A stretch of DNA of 64,000 nt from Azolla caroliniana (taxonomy: Eukaryota; Plantae; Polypodiophyta): positions 31,186,001 through 31,250,000 of the forward strand of contig JBHGNT010000001.1 of assembly GCA_043228905.1 (NCBI GenBank). The letters are read 5' to 3'. The number at the start of each line of letters is the position of its first letter. The stretch's first letter is position 1. Below are positions 1 to 10,422 of this stretch, one piece after another. The translations under genes and the position numbers were made by a program. The notes below the pieces were generated by a model that had not been told where the DNA came from, ran no database searches, and saw only the letters and a program-made list of their open reading frames with translations.

Positions 1-683
1 AAAAACATCAAGTTGCAAGGTGGAGAATACCAATGGAACCTTGTTTTTGGGCCTTTCTACTAAAATGAAATGGCTGAAGACATTTTTATAAGACCTTCCG
101 TTACTTTTATAAGATTCGTGATTAGTTTAATAACTTGTATGAAGTCTGCATTATAGAACTATCTTGCTTTTATATATATTGTTTATTACTTATAATATAT
201 TATAATTTATGTCATACTTGCATATACATTATTCTCACTGGACAATCTAATTATTCACAACCTGTTGACATCTTCTGGCCATCATATTGCTAACAACTTT
301 TCGCAACCTGTCACTCACATGTTGTTGCAATCCACTATGCCCAAGAGATACTGGAAGGGTCTTCTCTGCATCATTTCTGACGACTAGGCTGACAAGGAAG
401 GTGGTAGGTTCACCAATAAGTTGGTGTGTGAGTGCATGTACCTGTATTTGTGAAAATTAATGGGGAGGCACATGTATACCATTCCACAATTCATGTTTGC
501 AAGAAAGTATGCAGGCATAGCACACTTTCCAAAGGGACAAATAATTGCTCATTGACAAATTTTACATACAAAAGGTAGTAAACAGCAATAAAAATGCTCA
601 TAAAAACATTGATGAATTCAGGATTTCAACATAAATACTCCCAACATGCAGCAGCAATGAAGACGGTGTATGTGTTGCCTTAC

Positions 684-3567
684 CAAGTCCAGAACCCAAA
701 TCACATACACACAACTTTGCCACGTGCTGGGGATTCTTTAAGATCTGTACCCAAAATAATCATATTATTCAATCCATATGCATATTTTGGTAAAGCTGTA
801 GAGTGAATGATCTCACAAAGTGTACAATTTTGCCAGTATATTCATCTAAATTTGGTTGTTATAGATACATATTAAAAACCAACATTTAAATATAAGTGAT
901 AAAATATGGATAAACCACCTAGATTCATTAACCTAAAGCAGCTTATGCGATATGAAAAGAACAGGATATAGGAAAAAATTCAAAAAGTATATAAGCAATG
1001 AAACTAATGTCAATCAGTTATGAATGAGAGGACAAGTAAACATATATATTCCATGTGGATATTTGTCATGGTTTCAACTTTTCTCCACATTATTCACACA
1101 TGTACAACTTTTTGCCAACAATGCCTATCCAGTCATGTTTCATTGAGCCCAAATCACAATTACCCGAAATGATTTCTTCATTTAAGAAATGAAAAGTATA
1201 ACGGCACAAGCATATAAATGTCTATCTAGTAAGCTCGAATATTTTGGTAGAACACAATCAAATAAATATGGCGGACAAGGTCAACAAATGCAAGCATGGC
1301 TCAGCGATGTACAGGGCTTCATTCACAAGATCTATGGTTCCATGAAAATGGATGCCCTATCATGAGGTTGCAGTGACCAGAGCAACTAAGAAATGCAGCA
1401 CATCTAGCATCCACATACAAAATTGTTTCTTTTTGACACTGGTCATACCACAGGTATTTACTATTTGTGTTCTAAATTCTGATGTGTGTGTGTTTACAAA
1501 ACATTAATAAGATATAGATATACATGATAATTATATTACTATTGATATATATTTTTCGAGATTTCTTTTCTTCATTCTTAAGGGACACAAAACACACTTA
1601 TTGTTGCTGGATTTGTTCCACTTGCAAAATAGCATGATACAATGCGATTAAGTTTACCATTACATTATGACAACAGACCCTATTACCTAAGCATACCTCA
1701 TCTGCAAGCACAATTGCAGAAGGCCAAAGCCTGCACCAATATGGATCTCCTTCTAATTTACCTATAAAGAAATATCTTTATAAGAACAAATAAGAGCTTA
1801 CACTCAAGAATAGAAAAGCTGCCTAAATTGAAGGATAACAACCTAAGTCATAAAACACGTCAACTGATATGTTACCTTGCTTAATATACATGTCCAAAAC
1901 TTGATCAACATCTCTTGGTTGTACAATGGCCAATTCTTTGCCTTGTATAACAACCTAAGCAACAAATCTGAAATTTAGAATTGTAAGCTATGATTTTGAT
2001 ATTCACCTTACATAATCACGTGCTTTAAAACTGTGAACTAACTTGATAGCGATTTGGTTGGTGGCACAAACGTTAAGAGACAAGAAACATGAAAATTACA
2101 GAATGTTAAAGAAAACTACAAGTCATGATGTCATTCAAGCTGAGTTGGCCCCAACCCCTATGATGGTAGATGTATTGTTTCTATATAATGGACCTCTTGA
2201 ACCAAATCTGAACAATGCTACTTCAAAGAATCATGCAAGGAGTCCAAAGCATTGAAGGAAATTGAGAAAACAAAAGAGGACGGAGGATCACGTTACTCAG
2301 GTGATGAAGTGGTTCAAAAACAAATGCCTCAGCATCAAGAGCATGTCACCTTTTTGATACACCACATCCCTCCAAGGTATTATGAAGAGAGATATGGAAA
2401 TTATATAGCCCAAAAAACTAGGATTATACGAAAAGAGTATCTCCTACAGATGGCCTACTACCAGTATCATTTCATGAGATTTTTAAGCAATCAATTCCTA
2501 CAAAGATCAAGGTACATGGACATCGACATCTCCCATAATGCTTACAAATCAATAACCCAATTCATAGTTTCCTCCCATCAACTAGAGATCAAAGCAAGTC
2601 ATACTTCATATACGTAGGGTCAATAGACTTTGCCAGTTATGCCAAGGAGAGGTTAAGTGAAAGTAACATTTCGTGAGCAGATGCCCAGCCAACAAACACA
2701 TCATCGAGAAGCATGTTATCCTCTCCAACAAGTACATCACCCTCTGGAAAATAATGGAGATGTTGACCCATGCCACTTTGCCCAAAGCTTGCTGAAGGGT
2801 CAGCAGCATAGGAAATCAAGCTTTATATTCGCAAATGGGGCAAAGAGACAGTCACGCATCAGTGACTTCTCTCTCTCTCTCTCTCATAAGATTAGAATAC
2901 ATATTAAAACCGTGTGACAATAAAAAAAGAAACTTATTGTTCATACAACAGTGAGAGCATTATGAGAAGTTAAACCCACTATGACGATGTAAAACCGGCT
3001 GATATAAAGGCAAATCCTCTGGGACAAGATGCTCATGGAGCCTAGTTGCAGAACCTGCCATATAAATTATCTTTTCGACCCATGTACCTATTGTGAAACT
3101 CCATCAAACAGGAACCCAATTCTCATGCTTGAATTGTACCATATAACTACACAAATGGCTTTGGCAACTGATTACATAAGAAATCTACGCTTGGCGGCCT
3201 CCTCGATCGATGTAAATCATTTTAAATGTGTCAGCATTTTAAAGCCTCTACGGAAGGTAAATCACCCACCATTGTCTCCCAAAGAAATGCTTTCACACAA
3301 AAGTTGAGATTGACATATTGCATCCAACACTCAATGGCACCATTGTATGCATTGTGTATGTTTTATGAAAGTGATACCGTCATCACCGACACACCCCTAT
3401 CAGCTTATCAAGTATTGATTTTTCACAATTAAATAGCCAATATTTCCACGATTACATACTTCATACATATCTCTTAATTCACTAGACGCCACTGTGGAAT
3501 GTAGGGGTTGAACCCGTGACCTCCTGGTCTCCATTGGGCAACCTTACCAAGTGAGCTACATCCATCT

Positions 3568-3617
<50 letters not shown>

Positions 3618-3862
3618 AATTGTACATTAACAGATGACAACAAAAATTATATCTCCCTCGTTTTCCATACCTGGTCTTGTCCAAGATCGACTCTATTGGC
3701 TATTGTTGTTGCTGCTGCTGGGGTTGCGGAGGAGCAAGGAGCATGTGAAGAGGAGGAATGAAAGGAAGGTGCTGCTGCAGCGGCAGGAAACCGAAGGAAG
3801 GAAGAGTGAGTGGAAGAGAATCGACGAAGCGCCAGAGCCTGAGCTCGCAATACGTTTGCCAT
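684..3862 (-). CDS. SAM-dependent protein methyltransferase, Methyltransf_16 (METTL20/METTL21-like) family, with N-terminal organellar presequence; 3'-partial
   Basis: GT-AG exons with consistent phases: 3862-3671 (MANVLRAQALALRRFSSTHSSFLRFPAAAAAP...GQDQ), 1954-1876 (VVIQGKELAIVQPRDVDQVLDMYIKQ), 1761-1697 (GKLEGDPYWCRLWPSAIVLADE), 744-684 (ILKNPQHVAKLCVCDLGSGLG, motif I). PYW-x-LWPSA-xx-LA followed by DLGSGLG is the family signature. Remaining exons not found, probably left of base 1. A possible extra exon near 3053-2980 could not be phased. Confidence 0.85.
3493..3568 (-). mobile_element. tRNA-derived SINE head / tRNA pseudogene in methyltransferase intron 1
   Basis: Minus strand reads GGATGTAGCTCACTTGGTAAGGTTGCCCAATGGAGACCAGGAGGTCACGGGTTCAACCCCTACATTCCA. 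It has a Pol III A box (TAGCTCACTTGG), a B box (GGTTCAACCCC) and complementary ends, but a degenerate anticodon arm. Confidence 0.65.
3571..3615. repeat. (CT)n microsatellite
   Basis: Perfect CT run directly adjacent to the tRNA-like element. Confidence 0.95.
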
Positions 3863-4600
3863 ACTAACAAACATACATACATCCATAATCTGTTTGCCAT
3901 ACATACATACCATATACCATACATACATATATTAATTATAATTGTATTCTCTTTTTTGTCATGCACAACATATATAATCATATATACATACATATATACT
4001 TTCACCTATGGCTCACACAAAGCCCATTGACGTATGAATTCATATAAATTGTAGTTGTAATTCTCTTGTTTGTCATGCACAACATACATACCTTATCATA
4101 CCATACCATACATATATCCTTTCAACTGGGTTCACGCAAAGCCCATTGACGTATGAATTCATATGGGCTAAGAAATAAAGAAATAAGCCTCCATTGTGGG
4201 TGGGTGTGGGTCTCCGGTGAATGGTTCACTTGACTAGCGCTATCAAAAGCTAAGTAGGGCCTCATTGGTATGTATGTATGTATATATGTGAGTGATTGGC
4301 AAGTGGGTCATTGTGTGTGTGGTGTGGTTTTTGTCCGGTCGCGTGTGAGTGTCCATATTGAGTTGAGTTGAGTTGAGTTGGGTTGATTTGCATTGTTTTC
4401 TTTGGTTTTTTGGGCTTCCAAAAGAGAAAGAAAGGCCAGAGACAGAGAAACAGAGACAGCGAGTAATGAATGACGTGATCACGCTTCTTCCCCCTTCTCC
4501 TTCTCCTTCTCCTTCCCAGCCGCGTGTTCCAGCCATCATCTGTGTCTGTGTCTGTGTCTGTGTCTGTGTGTCTGTGTCCAGCTGGACACGGCGGGGCGCT
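3863..4600. promoter_or_regulatory. Probable bidirectional promoter (methyltransferase - / ERF +) containing a duplicated ~100-bp module
   Basis: Divergent genes. Direct repeat 3946-4045 and 4060-4164 with identical core AAAGCCCATTGACGTATGAATTCATAT (site II AGCCCA plus TGACG). Further TGGGCT sites, TGACGTG near 4471, (TTGAG)n and (TGTGTC)n tracts. Confidence 0.55.
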
Positions 4601-4662
4601 TCTCTGATCTGATCCCGTAATCCCTAATAGAATCCATCGCCGCGTCGTCCAGCCATCATCTT

Positions 4663-4884
4663 CTTCGGATTTCCACCGCCTCTGCCCTAAATCTTCATCT
4701 TCATCATCAAATCTGTCTCATTTTACATCCACCGTCTTCGCCTTCAGTTCCCTCGTTTGATTCAGCCCATCTCCTTCGGATTTCCACCGCCTCTGCCCTA
4801 AAATCTTCGTCTTCGTCTTCGTCTTCATCTTCATTATCAATCAAATCTGCCTCATTTTCGTCTTCAGTCCCCTCATTTGATTCA
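4663..4884 (+). repeat. Two-copy ~110-bp direct repeat in the presumed ERF 5' leader
   Basis: CTTCGGATTTCCACCGCCTCTGCCCTAAA...CTTCAGT(T/C)CCCTC(G/A)TTTGATTCA at 4663-4764 and 4774-4884. Confidence 0.85.
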
Positions 4885-6304
4885 TAGTCGTCTTCTTCAG
4901 AACGCTAGTTCTTTGCATTATGAGATTCTTCTTTTATATCCTCCACTTTCTGGGTTTCATCAAGTCTGATTCTTCTTCTCGTCCCTCTTACTCTTATGCT
5001 TCGTTTGCAAAAGCAAACGCGTCTTTGCAGTAGACCTCTTCTTTTACAGAACTAATCCCTCATCCTCTTCCACAGGTAGGGTTAATTCTTTCTGATCCGA
5101 AGACCTAGGGTTTTGTTCAAGTCTGTTTCGTTATCCAATTTCGATCATCAATTTGTCCCACAGGATTTTGTACTCATATCAACAGATTGTTCCATTCTCT
5201 GATCCAAATCCGAGGTTTTGTTATCCACCAGGTTAGTACTTCTCTTTCTTTCCCGTGTCTAATTTGTTTTTATTATCATAGCAAAAGAAGCGCTTTTCAT
5301 TCTCATTGCAAAACTGTTGTAATAAAGAAAATCAGTTTTAGCATTATTTCTGCAACAGCACAGGGGTAAACTTATATTTGGGTTTTTCTGTGCTAGTCCG
5401 TCTTTGTTTCTGATGGCGAAAGTTTTGTACATCGAATATTGAAATAGTTTAAACGCAAAATGCTTTTGAAATTCCTCCTGGTTGCTATTTCAGGGCAAGA
5501 TTTCTAGTATAGTAATAGCGGTTCGAGTCTTACTTGTGCTCAAATGATCATCTGCCCATGTTATGTTTTTTAAGTGTTAAGAGGGCCAGTTTTGTGATGT
5601 GAAGAGAATACCATTCCAAGGGATCTCCTCTCTGTTTGTATTTGCATGAAAGTTAAGGTATTCCTAGTCAGAGCAGTGATGCACCCAACCTTGAAGCTCA
5701 GGTTACCCCCTAGCATTAAGCAAACACTGGTTCTGACCCAGGACTTGTTCGTGCGAGTTCCAACCTTAGGAAGCAACAAACATTCTGCTTGAAAAGATCA
5801 GTATGAGTGTATTTGGTATGGTGCCGTCAAGCCCCTTTTGATGATAGTCTGTGTGACACCTTGCAAATGACTATCACTGGCTTGTTTCTTACACTTAACA
5901 GATTTCTATCAACATTTCCATGGAAGCTATACCTGAACTTTTCCTTGAAAATCATTTTTATTTGTCATAGCAAAGTTTCATGGCATAGCAATAACTCATA
6001 ATCCACAAGAATATTTTTTACAGCATTTTCATTGAAAGGTCTAGATTTCTAGCAATAGAAAAAATAATGTAAGAGTGCCTGTAAGTTGTAAATTTCTATG
6101 GAATCTCACTTCGTAGTTTATATCTGAAAGCTGAAGCAGAGTCCTATTTTGTAGTCTGAATTCTTTCTTTATCTAAGAGAAGAATTTTTTAACGTAGAAT
6201 AATAACACAATCAGATGTTTATTTCCATTTTCATTGATTCATCTTTTCTGAGCCGTTTTCTCTGGAATTGTTTTTCTTAATTCTCAGGGCAAAAAGGATA
6301 AATA

Positions 6305-7030
6305 ATGCAAAAAGACAATCCAATATTTATCCCTAGAGAATCTACTATTGTAATGCCCGATGCACCAACGATCTTACCGGTCGAACAACAAAAGTTTCGA
6401 GGAGTTAGAAGAAGACCATGGGGTCGATTCGCTGCTGAAATAAGGGATCCTGTGAAAAAAACAAGGGTCTGGCTTGGAACTTTCGATACTGCAGAAGATG
6501 CAGCTTTTGCTTATGATGCAGCAGCTCGTACCTTCAGAGGTAACAAAGCCAAAACCAATTTTCCTTTCCCTTCTGGTGAGCAACAAAGCACCACTAGTCA
6601 TAGTAGCACTGTTGAGTCTTCGAGTACACGAACTCCTAAGAGTTTGTCTCGTCGAAGTGGTGTTGTGACTTCAGCTCGAAGGAATGATAATGATGATGAT
6701 AATGATGTTGGGTTAATGTCGATGTCAATGCATAAGAGAGTGCAAAAGGTGGCTGTGGTTGGGATCGACTCTCAGAGAAAGAGGCAAAGGTTGACAAATC
6801 CTATGACTCCCTTGTCTCTTTCTATGCATCGCTTTCCCCGAAATGTATATAATCATACAGCTATTGACCCTTACCAAAGTGATTGTGACTCTTCCTCATC
6901 TGTTATTTTAGACACTGATGAGGCTTATTTACCTCAAGATCAGCCCAATACAACTTATCCAAGACCATATTTGGACCTCAATTTTCCACCACCAGAGGAA
7001 GATGATTGCAGGTTGGATCTCTTTTTGTGA
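6305..7030 (+). CDS. ERF: AP2/ERF transcription factor, group VIII (class II, EAR-motif repressor, ERF3/4/7-like), 241 aa
   Basis: AP2 domain [20 protein letters not shown]...[33 protein letters not shown]; SDCDSSSSV motif; EAR motif LDLNFPPP; terminal LDLFL. An in-frame TAA just upstream fixes the ATG. Splice acceptor at 6287 indicates a 5'-UTR intron. Confidence 0.97.
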   Translation: MQKDNPIFIPRESTIVMPDAPTILPVEQQKFRGVRRRPWGRFAAEIRDPVKKTRVWLGTFDTAEDAAFAYDAAARTFRGNKAKTNFPFPSGEQQSTTSHSSTVESSSTRTPKSLSRRSGVVTSARRNDNDDDNDVGLMSMSMHKRVQKVAVVGIDSQRKRQRLTNPMTPLSLSMHRFPRNVYNHTAIDPYQSDCDSSSSVILDTDEAYLPQDQPNTTYPRPYLDLNFPPPEEDDCRLDLFL

Positions 7031-7485
7031 ATCATCCATATTGGTCCAAGTACAGCTTGTGCTTAGATCGTAATCGAAAATTGGCTTTACGATAGATGAG
7101 TCTTGTTTCCATTTTATTCTCTTTTTGTATATCATTCAAATTCACATGAATCTCCTCGCTGATAATCTCATCAGTTAAACCCAATGTGTTATTGGGAAAT
7201 TTTAATGGAATTTCCAAATGCTAAATTTGTATCTATAGCATGGGTGCAAGCCTGTACAGAAGCATGTCTTTTATGAAGAAAATTTATTATACATGTGATT
7301 GAGCTAAATAGAATCTGATATTTGAGCTGAGCTGTTGTTTTGTGGCATTACATATATATTGTTCATGACAGAAGGAATTTATAACTTAAAATTTGATCAT
7401 TACATCCCATAGTATTTACATTGTTCTGCTTGACAATGCAAGAGACAAAAAGCACCTTTTTGTACCACCTTCTACTAGTGTCGCA

Positions 7486-7611
7486 CACTATAGATGATGT
7501 TATATGCTGCTTCATGCATTAAAAGACAGTAATATGGACCAAGTTTCCACTATAGATGATGACGTTATACATTGCTTCATGCATTGAAAGACATTAATAT
7601 GAACCAAGTTT
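7486..7611. repeat. Two-copy ~62-bp tandem duplication
   Basis: CACTATAGATGATG...TGCTTCATGCATT.AAAGACA.TAATATG.ACCAAGTTT repeated twice. Confidence 0.85.
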
Positions 7612-7849
7612 GCTCTACTATAATGTGACAAAAAAATATACTTCATATGGTTAGAGAGATGCACCTATTTTCAAACAAGCTCCAAAAGCAAACAGAAAGC
7701 AAACTTTTCAAATTCTTAGACTTGGCTTTGGTAGATCCTTTGTAGTTACAGCCTGCACAATTGACCCAATTAAACAAATGAAGCACAAGGTCTTGGGGAC
7801 ATGCTAAAAGTGGCAGAGGATCTTGCATATGATTAGGAAATCACTTTCT

Positions 7850-8223
7850 ATGGAGAATGAAAGAAGATCAAATGTAGGAGCGCAAGCTTCAGCAAAGAAT
7901 ATTCATATGTCAGCTACTAAGGTGCAGCATGTCGCCAAGCAAATCCAAGGTTGTTCATATGAAGAAGCACTTGTATCACTTGAATTTATGCCTTACAAAG
8001 CATTTATATGATATCACAATTGGTTCTTTCTGCAGCGGAAAACGCTGCTAATAATCTAGGATTCAAGAAAACCAACTTGTTCATTAGTGAAAGCCAAGTA
8101 GATAATTCCACTTACCTCAAGAGGTTTCAACCCCAGGCGCAAGGTCGTGGTTATCCTATAAGGAAACCCACGTGTCGAATAACTATCAAGTCAAATTTTA
8201 GGTCACTTAAAGAGGGGACTTAA
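7850..8223 (+). pseudogene. rpl22: Plastid rpl22 pseudogene within a nuclear plastid insertion (NUPT)
   Basis: MENERRSNVGAQASAKNIHMS...YEEALVSLEFMPYKA, frameshift near 8005, then ISQLVLSAAENAANNLG...LFISE...RFQPQAQGRGYPIRKPTCRITI. Followed by rps3 in plastid operon order. Confidence 0.93.
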
Positions 8224-8337
8224 ATTTTAAATGTAGACAAAGTAATCAATTTTGGAGATGTGTCAGCAAAATTGAAAGAGATAATTTTTTAAGAAAGAAA
8301 CTTATATAATATTAAGTCAGGGATTAAGTATAAATGT

Positions 8338-8473
8338 ACGGGATGAAAAATTCATCCTCTCGGTTTTCAACTCGGTGTAAACCAAAAGTATTTTTCTTAT
8401 TTGTTTGCACAAATGGAATATTATCCTAAATTCATTTGAGGAAGATAGAAGGATACGCAACTTAATTGAAAAC
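8338..8473 (+). pseudogene. rps3: 5' fragment of plastid rps3 (NUPT)
   Basis: ACG GGA TGA AAA ATT CAT CCT CTC GGT TTT CAA CTC GGT GTA AAC CAA = (M)G(R)KIHPLGF(R)LGVNQ...FAQ...YP-F-(frameshift)-EEDRRIRNLIEN; truncated. Confidence 0.9.
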
Positions 8474-10422
8474 TAGTTAGGACATTGCGCAAAAGCACAA
8501 TCCATTTGTGTGTCATAGTAGATCGGGCGACTATGTTTCCATTATTTTCCCTAGGATCCCACCCAACTCTTCATGGCACTGCTTTACATGAGGGATTATA
8601 CAATAATCGCTCATCCTACACATGTACGAGGAGCTTAAGATTGGTGCATAACCTTATTTGTGAGCACTGCATATAGAGCTAGGCATTACGAGCGTTATTA
8701 AATTGGATAGTTTGGAGGAGAATTAGTGACATGTAATAGGATTGTGGCTTTTATATAGTAGGATAATGACATATTATACATGTGCATTACGAGACGTTGG
8801 ACTCAACACATAGCCGTTATAATAAATTTAATGAACTCCCACATGTGTTTGAAAGACTCCTCAAACTATGGCGGAATCGGACATATAGAGCCATCAAAAG
8901 TTGTGTATGGTCAATCACAAAACTTTTGATCATTGAAGTAAATATTATGTATCTACCCTATATATAACCCATGGGCCATTGAAACAAGATTAACAACCTC
9001 ATAAGTCTTGTTCATCAAAGTTATACAAAACATGAGACTATTGAGCAACAATGAACTATCGTGAAGCACATGATGATCATTGATGAAGTGGTGGAGATGA
9101 ACTACATTAATAGTGATATTATGGTATGCTAATGAATGTGGCGAAGATGAGTGATTAGTACAAACACCATACATAATGCTATGTTGACAAGACAACCTCA
9201 TCCCTACATAATTGCGTCAAAGTAAAACTCTTTATTGAATGCTCTAATTAATTTACTTCAAGATCAAATCACTTTAAAACAAGTTTATTGCAACAATCCA
9301 CGACCGATACTCTTGCAAACCATCTTATAGCTTTGCCATATTTTTTTCTTTATCGATATAAAAATCAATTCCATTACAGCATCCATGCCATTGTTACAAG
9401 TTTTTGTCCTTGTAATCTCTTCAAACAATCTATATATAGTCAATGCCCAACATGAATCATCCTACAAACAACATACTCATGTAATTCTTCTGAATATCAT
9501 CATATTACATCCCTTATTTCCAATGGGGATGCTACTATCATAGACCATTGCTTGTGTTTAAACTGAAATGCTCTAAAACTTGCACAGGTCATTACAAGGG
9601 TTAAATAATGTACAGAAACTTAAGGTGTGGATGCATTTAGGAAATGCAGGACGTATTAACACAAGAAAGGTTAAATGGAAGTTTCTCCTTTCAATATGCA
9701 ATGTTGAATGAAACTACACTCCATGTACTACCACCATTTATGTCACAAACAGCTATTACATGTATAAAACAATGGGAAAATATGGAAATACCCATAAGTT
9801 TTTGTTTATTTCCCCAAATGCTCTTGTTATTCACTGACAGCAATTATATGTGCTATTTAAGCAATTCCATGATTACTCCAACAGTTGACCGAAGGCATTT
9901 CAGGGAAAAGGAAACTCATGTGCATTTAGGGAATTAAAGAGAAACACAATTGTTTTAGAGTTTTCCTTTAACATGATAAGTAGGCATATGAAAACACTAG
10001 TACCTTAGGTTTCTTAAGGAAAAGATGGTGACAAGAAAGAGGTAAACTAAGCATGGCAAGTATCTTAACATTCATGCTTTTGACTGTGGGGTTGATGTGC
10101 CATGAGGAAACTTTTTTGTGGAAACAGAATAAACTTCACGTCCAAGTATATGTGAGTGATGAGCGAAGGATGATTGATGTCAATGAGAAAAAGAAAAGCA
10201 CATTACAGATTATAAACAGAATGCAGAGAGGGTAGGCGATTAATGTCCAGTTAAATATACAAACTCTGTACATGTGACACATTCATATTTCTTCCTCGTA
10301 ACATTCAAGGCACTTTGCATAGTATGTTTTACCTCACGGCAGATGGCATATATAATCACATGTCACATATACATATTTATACTGAAAGAGTAACCCCACC
10401 AAGGATTGTAACAGTAAATAAT

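Noticed and set aside
2043-2917. Several 60-121 aa ORFs inside methyltransferase intron 1
   Set aside because: No recognisable domain and no phase-compatible splice sites
2980-3053. Extra methyltransferase exon (SATRLHEHLVPEDLPLYQPVLHRH)
   Set aside because: Good acceptor, but the plausible frame is incompatible with the phase-0 neighbours; left unresolved
3493-3568. Functional tRNA gene
   Set aside because: D and anticodon arms do not pair and no anticodon is assignable
7823-8223. Functional nuclear-transferred rpl22
   Set aside because: Frameshift, no transit peptide, unedited codons, CpG decay and attached rps3 fragment
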